DNA of 64,000 bases, taken from contig DITS01000033.1 of the NCBI GenBank assembly GCA_002422205.1, positions 4,083 through 68,082 of the forward strand. Reading direction: 5' to 3'. The number at the start of each line of letters is the position of its first letter. Position 1 is the stretch's first letter. The stretch comes from Alphaproteobacteria bacterium UBA6178 (lineage in GTDB: Bacteria; Pseudomonadota; Alphaproteobacteria; Rickettsiales; UBA3002). The position numbers and the translations under genes are program-made. The notes under the pieces are model-generated. The model worked only from the letters and a program-made list of their open reading frames with translations. It did not search any database and was not told the DNA's origin. Shown in pieces: positions 56,543 through 64,000 of this stretch.

Positions 56543-57805
56543 ATGAAGCACGAAGCCATCAGAGGACGCCCCGGTAGTGTGGCTGTGCTGGATATCGGCA
56601 CCACCAAAATTGTCTGTTTTATTGCACAAGTCGATGATGAGGGCGTGCTGCGTGTGCTGGGCGTGGGGCATCAGCTGGCCAAAGGCATTAAATCGGGTGT
56701 GATTACCGATGTGGGTGAGGTGGAAACCTCGATTGTGGCCGCCGTGCATGCGGCGGAGCAAATGGCCGGTGAAACGATTGAGAATGTGATTGTGAGCGTG
56801 AGCGGCACCAACATGCATTCGCGCAGTGTGACGGTGGAGCTGGAAGTGACCGGCGAAGGTGTCAGCGATTATGATATTGCGGATTTAATTCAGGAAGGCT
56901 GCGCCAGCTTAGAAGATGACGCGCATACGATTTTGCACGCGTTTCCGGTGCAGTATTATCTGGATAATGCCAAGGGGTTGGGCGATCCGCGCGGGATGGT
57001 GGGCGATGTGCTGGGCAGTGAGCTGCATGTGGTATCGGCGCGTAACAGCTATCTTAAAAACATGATTAATTGCGTGGCGCGGTGCCATTTGAATATTGAT
57101 GAATATGTGCTGGCCAGCCATGCATCGGCCCTATCGGTGCTGGAGCCGGACGAGATGGATTTGGGCGTGACGTTGATTGATATGGGCGGCGGCGTGACCA
57201 GCTTTACGGTGTTTGTCGGCGGCAAGAATGTGTACAGCGATTCGATTCCGGTGGGTGGTAAGCATGTGACGAATGATATTGCCAAAGGCCTGTCGACCAC
57301 GCTAACGCAAGCCGAGCGACTGAAAACGATTCATGGCAGCGCCATCGGGTCGGTGAAGGATGCCGAGGTGATGATTGAAGTGCCGCAGCTGGGCGAAGAA
57401 GAAGACGAAGATGATGTGAATATGATGCCGCGCTCGATGCTGGTGGGGGTGGTGCGGCCGCGGATGGAAGAAATTTTTGAGTTGATTCGCGCCAAGCTGG
57501 AAGCGGCGGGTGTGGATAAGGTGGCGGGACGGCGCTGCGTGATTACGGGCGGGGCCAGCCAGATGATCGGCGTGAGTGATTTGGCCGCGCGCATGCTGGG
57601 CAAACAGGTGCGCAAAGGTAAGCCGCATGCGGTGCCGGGCTTGGCGGATATGGCGAGCGGGCCGGCATTTGCCACGGCGGTCGGCATGCTGGAATATGCC
57701 ACCAAACGCCCATGGGAAGATGTGCTGCTGCGCGGCTCATCCGTGCGCGGCGGGCTGGCGCAGACGAAAGAAAAAATCGTCAACTGGTTCAGAGAGAATT
57801 TTTAA
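56543..57805 (+). CDS. ftsA: cell division protein FtsA
   Basis: VAVLDIGTTKIVCFI, and LIDMGGGVTSF. Confidence 0.95.
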   Translation: MKHEAIRGRPGSVAVLDIGTTKIVCFIAQVDDEGVLRVLGVGHQLAKGIKSGVITDVGEVETSIVAAVHAAEQMAGETIENVIVSVSGTNMHSRSVTVELEVTGEGVSDYDIADLIQEGCASLEDDAHTILHAFPVQYYLDNAKGLGDPRGMVGDVLGSELHVVSARNSYLKNMINCVARCHLNIDEYVLASHASALSVLEPDEMDLGVTLIDMGGGVTSFTVFVGGKNVYSDSIPVGGKHVTNDIAKGLSTTLTQAERLKTIHGSAIGSVKDAEVMIEVPQLGEEEDEDDVNMMPRSMLVGVVRPRMEEIFELIRAKLEAAGVDKVAGRRCVITGGASQMIGVSDLAARMLGKQVRKGKPHAVPGLADMASGPAFATAVGMLEYATKRPWEDVLLRGSSVRGGLAQTKEKIVNWFRENF

Positions 57806-58717
57806 TTAGCGGGTGGCAACAGCCGATGTCCCTGTACCACCGCTCTCAATTTGCAATAATTCGTTCGTTTGACTGGCATAATGTTTGCCCATATGGCCGG
57901 CCAGCTCCGTAAATTGCTCTTCGGTTAGGTGGGTTTTCCAGCCTGTGCTAACAAGCAATTGATAAACGCCATAAGCCACTGTGGCTACGATACCAATATT
58001 AAGCCCACCATTAACCATGCTTTCTACAGTTGTGTGTGGTTCTTCGTCAGAGGGTTTCAGGCCATATGCTGCAGCAGCAATCACCGCTGCTCCACCTGCT
58101 TTTAAAAACGCACGGCGTCGCATGGTATCCCGTGCTTCACCCGGTAATTCATTGCCTATGGGAAAGCCGGTTTTTACACGATTGTCATATTTATCAGTGC
58201 TACCAAACCCATCATAATTAAGCTTATGCAGTCTAATTGCGAAGCTTTTTTCGGCTCTACGAATCGCGTTTCTGACTACATCATTATAGTCTCTTTTAAT
58301 ATCAACGTTTTCGCCAGCGGCGACAGCCTTAAAAAAGGACATCAGCTCTTCAGCATTCTGCTGGAAACGCTCATTGGCTAAGCCCGCCATTTTTCGGTTA
58401 AGGTTATATTCAGGATCCTTTAGATGATCTGTGCCATAAGGATAATGAATTTGCAAATCAGGATTATCTGAAATTTTTAGCTTACTAGAAACGCCGTCGG
58501 TTGTGTTTTCATCATAAAATCGACGGGCATCAATTTCCAAATGCTCAAATGCCATGGCTACAATATAAGGAAAGGCGTATGTCTGTATAAGCGTTTTGGG
58601 GTCTTTGCGTAGCGGATCCTTATCGGCCACATAGTTGACCATACTATCAGTTACAACATCATATAATTGGTTATGCGCCTTATGCAATTCTGTATTACTA
58701 CGCGTTAATTGTGGCAT
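57806..58717 (-). CDS. orphan membrane protein (303 aa) inserted between ftsA and ftsZ
   Basis: Its stop (TTA 57806-57808 on the plus strand) abuts the ftsA TAA. It has two hydrophobic segments about 20 aa apart near the C-terminus (AFLKAGGAAVIAAAAYGL / GLNIGIVATVAYGVYQLLV). No family recognised. Confidence 0.65.
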   Translation of the reverse strand: MPQLTRSNTELHKAHNQLYDVVTDSMVNYVADKDPLRKDPKTLIQTYAFPYIVAMAFEHLEIDARRFYDENTTDGVSSKLKISDNPDLQIHYPYGTDHLKDPEYNLNRKMAGLANERFQQNAEELMSFFKAVAAGENVDIKRDYNDVVRNAIRRAEKSFAIRLHKLNYDGFGSTDKYDNRVKTGFPIGNELPGEARDTMRRRAFLKAGGAAVIAAAAYGLKPSDEEPHTTVESMVNGGLNIGIVATVAYGVYQLLVSTGWKTHLTEEQFTELAGHMGKHYASQTNELLQIESGGTGTSAVATR

Positions 58718-58782
58718 TGTGTGTCCCCATAATTAAAATTTAAAATCCGGTCTTGTATTAGCTGATTAAAATAAACCATAGT

Positions 58783-58800
58783 GTTAATTATTTATGAAGA
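58783..58800 (-). promoter_or_regulatory. weaker Pho-box-like site upstream of orphan 57806-58717
   Basis: In gene sense: TCTTCATAAATAATTAAC. The first half-site is identical to those at 9601 and 18401. TATTTT lies 10 nt downstream. The site is 66 nt from the ATG. Confidence 0.3.
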
Positions 58801-59022
58801 AACCGCTGTGTTAGGAGATGAGTTATGGAAAGGGGCGCATGTTATCCACAACTATATCTTGCGGGGGTTTTTTCCGTTGCAACGAGATTTAGGATTCTGC
58901 TATAGGTAGAGGGAGCTTTTCATGCACTGAAAAAGCGTAAAAAAGATAATAAAATACCGTTTCGGCAAGATATAAAGATTTGAAAAACAAACATTTTAGG
59001 CCTGTCCTGCCGGAGAGTTCGT

Positions 59023-60699
59023 ATGACCATTAATCTGCATTTACCGTCGCATTCGGAAACATTGAAGCCCAAAATCACCGTTGTCGGGGTGGGGGGTGCC
59101 GGTGGTAACGCCGTGAATAATATGATTGCCGCCAATCTGGAGGGCGTCGATTTTGTGATGGCCAATACCGATGCGCAGGCGCTTGAGTCCGCGATGACGG
59201 ATCGCACGATTCAGCTGGGTATGTCGGTGACGCGCGGTTTGGGCGCAGGGGCCAGCCCGCAGATTGGTCAGGCAGCTGCCGAAGAAGCGCTGGATGAAAT
59301 CGCCGATTATATTAATGGTAGTAATATGGTGTTTATCACTGCCGGTATGGGTGGTGGTACGGGCACAGGTGCGGCGCCGGTGATTGCGCAGCTGGCGCGC
59401 CAGCAAGGCATTCTGACCGTCGGTGTGGTGACTAAGCCATTCCAGTTTGAAGGCACGCACCGGATGCGTATCGCTGATCGCGGGATTGAAGAATTGCAGC
59501 AATATGTTGATACGCTAATTGTGATTCCGAACCAGAATTTATTCCGTATTGCCAATGAAAAAACAACCTTTGCCGATGCGTTCCGCATGGCAGATGAGGT
59601 GCTGCATTCGGGTGTGCGCGGCGTGACCGATCTGATGGTGAAGCCGGGTTTGGTGAATCTGGATTTTGCCGATATTCGTGCCGTGATGAGCGAGATGGGC
59701 AAAGCGATGATGGGCACCGGCGAGGCGGAGGGCGATAAGCGTGCGATTGACGCCGCCGAATCGGCGATTTCGAACCCGCTGCTGGATGATGTTTCCTTAC
59801 GCGGCGCGCGAGCGGTGCTGATCAATATTACGGGCGGCCCTGATATGACCTTGTTTGAGGTGGATGAAGCGGCGAACCGTATCCGTGATGAGGTGGACCC
59901 TGAGGCGAATATTATTTTCGGCTCGACCTTCAGCGATTCGATGGAAGGTAAAATGCGGGTGTCGGTGGTGGCGACAGGGATTGATGCAGCTGCGACAGCG
60001 GCGAGCATTACCAGCCATCGCAGCCAGTCGGCGGCGATGTCGCAACCGCGCCCGATGGAAAATGTTGCGAGGGAAGCCCGGCAACCCAAGCCATTCAATA
60101 TTATTCCGCCCAAACAGGAAATGAAGCAAGAGCGCAGCCCTGCAGAAATCGTGCGTCAGGCTGGTAGCGCCTCGGCATATGATATTGCGCGGATGGCGAA
60201 TGAGCGCATTATGGGTCAGCCACAACAACAGGCGACTGCTTTGCAAGAGCCGGTGGTGCGCGTGAAACAAACACAACAGGAAGAAACGCTGTTTGTGCAG
60301 GAGCAAGGCCAGTTGGCGATTGATGTGCCTGGCGAAGACCGCCGCCGCCCGTTTAAGCTGGGTGAGGTGAAAGACCAGTTTGGTGATGGCCCGTTATTTA
60401 TGAGCCCCAAGCCGGAGCAACCCGCGCAGCGCACGCATTTTGCTGCGCAACAGCCAGAGATCGATGAAGCAGTGGCTGAGGAAGAGCAAGAAGGCACGGC
60501 CTTCAATTTCTTCACACGAATTGCCGGTGTGGGTAAGGCGTTGTCAGGCAAGGTGGAAGCTGCGCATCAGGCCGCATCGCCGCGTGAGCGGATGGTGCAG
60601 CAAGGCGGTGCCGCTGCTGTGGTCAAAGATTCGCCACTCACCGAGGAAAATGACGATTATCTGGATATTCCAGCCTTTCTGCGGCGTCAGGCGAATTAG
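59023..60699 (+). CDS. ftsZ: cell division protein FtsZ (long linker)
   Basis: [27 protein letters not shown], and the C-terminal [15 protein letters not shown] peptide. Confidence 0.97.
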   Translation: MTINLHLPSHSETLKPKITVVGVGGAGGNAVNNMIAANLEGVDFVMANTDAQALESAMTDRTIQLGMSVTRGLGAGASPQIGQAAAEEALDEIADYINGSNMVFITAGMGGGTGTGAAPVIAQLARQQGILTVGVVTKPFQFEGTHRMRIADRGIEELQQYVDTLIVIPNQNLFRIANEKTTFADAFRMADEVLHSGVRGVTDLMVKPGLVNLDFADIRAVMSEMGKAMMGTGEAEGDKRAIDAAESAISNPLLDDVSLRGARAVLINITGGPDMTLFEVDEAANRIRDEVDPEANIIFGSTFSDSMEGKMRVSVVATGIDAAATAASITSHRSQSAAMSQPRPMENVAREARQPKPFNIIPPKQEMKQERSPAEIVRQAGSASAYDIARMANERIMGQPQQQATALQEPVVRVKQTQQEETLFVQEQGQLAIDVPGEDRRRPFKLGEVKDQFGDGPLFMSPKPEQPAQRTHFAAQQPEIDEAVAEEEQEGTAFNFFTRIAGVGKALSGKVEAAHQAASPRERMVQQGGAAAVVKDSPLTEENDDYLDIPAFLRRQAN

Positions 60700-60710
60700 T
60701 AAGTAGATAA

Positions 60711-60775
60711 TAGTGGCTAGTGACTGGTAGGCCACTAGCGCTACTCTTTTTAGCCGCTAGTCACTACCACCAGCC
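60711..60775. repeat. inverted repeat of the GTGGCTAGTGACT family
   Basis: TAGTGGCTAGTGACTGGTAGGCCACTAGCG...AGCCGCTAGTCACTACCACCAGCC, directly after the ftsZ stop. Confidence 0.75.
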
Positions 60776-60951
60776 CCTTATTATATGTCGGTCGCTCTGC
60801 GCATAGCGCAACCGCTTCCCTTGCGTTTGTAACACTCCGTAACAATCTGTGATTTGCTTTGGACGGGTGCATTTCCTACATTCACACTAACAAAAGATAT
60901 CAATAAGCGCGCGAGCGCCTGTGTTTAAAATTAGTGTGAAAGATAAATAAC

Positions 60952-61887
60952 ATGCAAATGGATGTGTCCCCTTTTCAAACCACGTTGCACCATGCCGTTA
61001 CCTGTAATGGGGTGGCGCTGCATAGCGGTGCGACGGTGTCGATGACGCTTCACCCTGCCGAAGCCGGCCATGGCATTGTGTTTAAACGCCGCGATGTGGA
61101 AGGCTTTAAATCGCTGGTGCCAGCGCGCTATGACGCGGTGTGCGATACCAAGCTGGGCACGACGATTTGCAATGAATATGGCACCAAGGTGATGACCGTT
61201 GAGCATCTGATGGCGGCGCTGTGGGGCAGTGGGATTGATAATTGCCTGATCGAGCTGGAAGGGCCGGAAATTCCGATTATGGATGGCAGCTCGGAGCCGT
61301 TTGTGTTTTTGGTGGAATGCGCAGGCGTGCGCGTGCTCGATGTACCGCGCCAGATTATTACCGTAAACCGTGTGGTAGCTGTGGAAGATCAGGGCGCGAC
61401 GGCGGTGATTGTACCGGCGGATCATTTCAGCCTCGATATCACCATTCATTTTGACCATGCGAAAATCGGCACGCAACAAGCGGTGTATGATTTTACGGAA
61501 ACCAGCTTCAAGCGGTCCTTGTGCCGCGCGCGGACCTTTGGTTTTGCGCGGGATGTGGAGCAGCTGCGCAGCATCGGGCTGGCGCAGGGCGGTTCGCTAG
61601 CTAATGCCATTGTGCTGGGCGATGACACTATCATGAATGAAGATGGCTTGCGCTATAATGATGAGTTTGTACGCCATAAAGCGCTGGATTGCTGCGGGGA
61701 TTATTATTTAGCGGGCGCGATTTTGCGTGGTGCTGTTACCACCTTCCGGCCCGGCCATGGCATCAATAATCAATTGATGCGCGAGCTGTTTTCGCATGCG
61801 GATAATTACAGCATCAGCGAAGCAGGTGGCTATATGCATACGCCAGCGGCAGCCGCTTTTGCTGCCATTACAGCGCAGGCTATTTAA
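60952..61887 (+). CDS. lpxC: UDP-3-O-acyl-N-acetylglucosamine deacetylase
   Basis: VEHLMAAL, IPIMDGSSEPF, and HKALD. Confidence 0.95.
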   Translation: MQMDVSPFQTTLHHAVTCNGVALHSGATVSMTLHPAEAGHGIVFKRRDVEGFKSLVPARYDAVCDTKLGTTICNEYGTKVMTVEHLMAALWGSGIDNCLIELEGPEIPIMDGSSEPFVFLVECAGVRVLDVPRQIITVNRVVAVEDQGATAVIVPADHFSLDITIHFDHAKIGTQQAVYDFTETSFKRSLCRARTFGFARDVEQLRSIGLAQGGSLANAIVLGDDTIMNEDGLRYNDEFVRHKALDCCGDYYLAGAILRGAVTTFRPGHGINNQLMRELFSHADNYSISEAGGYMHTPAAAAFAAITAQAI

Positions 61888-61907
61888 ACTTTTTCCGGAA
61901 TTACCCT

Positions 61908-62282
61908 TTAGCGCACCATGTGCGGGTGGGGAATGACGATGGGCAGGTAAATGGTCGAGGGGATATTGTCATATTCCGCGCGGTGCAGATGGCTGGTGAA
62001 GCTGCTGTTTTCTGCTACTTCGCGCGGGAGATTGATGATGGCGTGGCCACGGCCTGTGGATTCGAACACAATCGCGCGTGGGCGGCCCGTCGCGGCAATG
62101 GCCGCTTCCTGCAACTGTCGTACAATATGTGGGGCGCGGATGAGGGTGGTGATGGCATGATAGCCGTTGCGCAATAGCGACGGATTGCTGGGCGGCAAGG
62201 CCCAGCGCAGGCCGGTTGCCTGCTCCAGATGATCAATAATTTCATGCGCGTGGGTGTCTTGACTACTTGCCGGACGGGTCAT
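61908..62282 (-). CDS. orphan hypothetical protein (124 aa)
   Basis: ORF convergent on lpxC with a 20-nt gap. Only a degenerate half-site (TATCAT) lies at the expected upstream distance. Confidence 0.5.
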   Translation of the reverse strand: MTRPASSQDTHAHEIIDHLEQATGLRWALPPSNPSLLRNGYHAITTLIRAPHIVRQLQEAAIAATGRPRAIVFESTGRGHAIINLPREVAENSSFTSHLHRAEYDNIPSTIYLPIVIPHPHMVR

Positions 62283-62572
62283 CGGTGGGTCTCCTTGCGG
62301 CCTTATCGGGCTGCGTATTCGGTTTCTTATGCTTTCAGCTTAGCATCTATTTATTAAATGATAGTTAAGAATGCATCAAAAACATACTTTATTTTCAGCT
62401 GGTTATCGTTGATTTTGAATTAAATAATGCTAAAATGCTGTGTAATTTTTTGCGGGGGCCACCATAGCATAGAGCTGTCAGGCGGGGGCGGCATGCAGCT
62501 GTTAACAATCCGATAAAGACAGATGACGTGCGCGCCTGCGCTTGCTATAACCTAGCGGTAAGGAGATATCAG

Positions 62573-63415
62573 ATGAGAATGATCCCGTGGTGGACGCGTA
62601 TTGGCATAATAGTATTGTGCGGGGTGATGGCATGGATGCTGACGGGCTGCAGCGGCGATGCGCCATCGGATGATGCGGATGATGACGAGCTGATGTCGGA
62701 TAAAAACGAGCCGGTGGATGTGCTGTATAATAAAGCGCTCACCAGTTTTGAAACGGGAGATTACAAGCAAGCGATCGAGCAGTTTGAAGAGGTGGAGCGG
62801 CAGCATCCTTATTCGGAATGGGCGAAAAAATCCCAGGTGATGGCGGCGTATGCGGCGTATCGCGGGCAGGAATATGATGAAGCGGCGGTGATTTTAGAGC
62901 GGTTTGTGAAGCTGCATCCGAATAATGAACATACGCCTTATGCCTATTATTTGCGTGCGCTGTGTTATTATGATCAGATTTCCGATGTGGGCCGTGATCA
63001 GAAAATGACGCGTGATGCACGGCAGGCTTTGCGTGAGGTGGTGTCGCGTTTTCCGAATACCGATTATGCACGCGATGCCAAGATTAAGCTGGACCTGACC
63101 GAGGATCATCTGGCGGGCAAGGAAATGCAGGTGGGGCGCTATTATTTGCAGCGGCAGGAATGGCTGGCGGCGATCAATCGTTTTACCTATGTGCTCGATA
63201 ATCACCAGACCACCAGCCATGTGCCGGAAGCGCTGCATCGTCTGGTGGAAGCGTATTTGCAGCTGGGCGTGAAGGATGAGGCGACGAAATATGCGTCGGT
63301 GCTGGGGCATAATTATCCGGGTAGCGAGTGGTATCAGTATAGTTACCAGATGCTGCATGGCGAGGTGAACCCTGAGAATAAAAACACGGGTGGCGGTTGG
63401 CTCAATCCGTTTTAA
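62573..63415 (+). CDS. bamD: outer membrane protein assembly factor BamD
   Basis: Lipobox MLTGC and TPR-like repeats (YNKALTSFETGDYKQAIEQFEEVERQHPYSEWA). The start is at ATG 62573, after AAGGAG. Confidence 0.9.
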   Translation: MRMIPWWTRIGIIVLCGVMAWMLTGCSGDAPSDDADDDELMSDKNEPVDVLYNKALTSFETGDYKQAIEQFEEVERQHPYSEWAKKSQVMAAYAAYRGQEYDEAAVILERFVKLHPNNEHTPYAYYLRALCYYDQISDVGRDQKMTRDARQALREVVSRFPNTDYARDAKIKLDLTEDHLAGKEMQVGRYYLQRQEWLAAINRFTYVLDNHQTTSHVPEALHRLVEAYLQLGVKDEATKYASVLGHNYPGSEWYQYSYQMLHGEVNPENKNTGGGWLNPF

Positions 63416-63445
63416 CTGATGCCCTCGATGTGAGGTAAGGACGCG

Positions 63446-64000
63446 ATGCTCAAACAATTATCAATTCGCAATATTGTGCTGATTTCGGCGTGCGACATTC
63501 CGTTTGAAGACGGGTTGTGCGTGCTGACGGGCGAGACCGGTGCGGGCAAATCGATTCTGCTGGATGCGCTGGGGCTTGCGCTGGGTGAGCGCGGTGATTC
63601 GGGCTTGCTACGCGACGGCGAAGAGCAGGCGAGTGTGACGGCGGAATTTCATTTGGTGCCGAAAAGCACCACACATGGTGTGTTGTCCGATTTGGGGCTA
63701 GAGGCGGATGATGTGCTGGTGATTCGGCGCATTATTGGTGCGGATGGTAAGAGTCGTTGTTTTGTTAATGATCAGCCGGTGAGTGTGACGGGGCTGAAGC
63801 GTATCGGCGAAACGCTGGTGGAGGTGCATGGGCAGCATGATCAGCGCGGGCTGCTGGATATGCGCACGCATCTGGATTTGCTCGATGCCTATGGGCGGCT
63901 GGAAGCGCAGCGCGCGGAAGTATCGATGTTGTATGAGCGCTGGGCTGAGAAGCGCGATGCGTTGCGCCGCTTGCGAGAAAGCATTGTGGAGTCGCAGCGT
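63446..64000 (+). CDS. recN: DNA repair protein RecN (5' part; runs off the window)
   Basis: MLKQLSIRNIVLISACDIPFEDGLCVLTGETGAGKSILLDALGLALGERG (Walker A). Confidence 0.93.
   Translation, partial: MLKQLSIRNIVLISACDIPFEDGLCVLTGETGAGKSILLDALGLALGERGDSGLLRDGEEQASVTAEFHLVPKSTTHGVLSDLGLEADDVLVIRRIIGADGKSRCFVNDQPVSVTGLKRIGETLVEVHGQHDQRGLLDMRTHLDLLDAYGRLEAQRAEVSMLYERWAEKRDALRRLRESIVESQR

Noticed and set aside
58120-58150. RRRAFLK twin-arginine-like motif in the ftsA-ftsZ orphan as a Tat signal
   Set aside because: The motif lies about 190 residues from the N-terminus, so it cannot be a classical Tat signal peptide. It was treated only as the positive flank of a TM segment.
59307-60113. 268-aa minus-strand ORF
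   Set aside because: It is antisense to the conserved core of ftsZ and is a shadow ORF.

Overview
This 64-kb window is a core chromosomal segment of an alphaproteobacterium. The assignment is inferred from synteny and family content: usg, DUF1476/zeta, HIG1 plus zf-CHCC next to etfBA, purC-purS-purQ...purL...bolA-grxD, and a complete dcw cluster mraZ-rsmH-ftsL-ftsI-murE-murF-mraY-murD-ftsW-murG-murC-murB-ddl-ftsQ-ftsA...ftsZ followed by lpxC, bamD and recN. I can name about 55 housekeeping CDS. These include a truncated panD at the left edge that is absent from the ORF track, and an RNase P RNA (rnpB). I saw no tRNA, rRNA, CRISPR array, transposase or integrase. Three unusual layers sit on top of this ordinary backbone. 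(1) About a dozen orphan genes with no recognisable family, by eye more A/T-rich than their neighbours, are wedged singly or in small clusters between conserved genes, including between ftsA and ftsZ and between purQ and purL. Nearly all of them carry the same 18-bp direct-repeat motif, resembling a Pho box, 47-78 nt upstream of the start codon, which suggests one co-regulated set. This set includes a four-gene cluster of glycine-zipper membrane proteins and a pair of distant paralogues. (2) There are several families of small repeats: hairpins bounded by GTCAY...RTGAC, and modules whose arms are 7-bp-periodic tandem repeats. Some copies are inserted in frame inside nadE, cysS, ygfZ and a trmJ-like gene, and one lies inside the P12 region of rnpB. 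(3) There are tandem paralogue pairs: two SAM methyltransferases with a PqqD/RRE-like C-terminal domain between purL and bolA, and two stand-alone prepilin-like genes. All functional interpretations of the orphan genes are inference; none could be verified by search from here.
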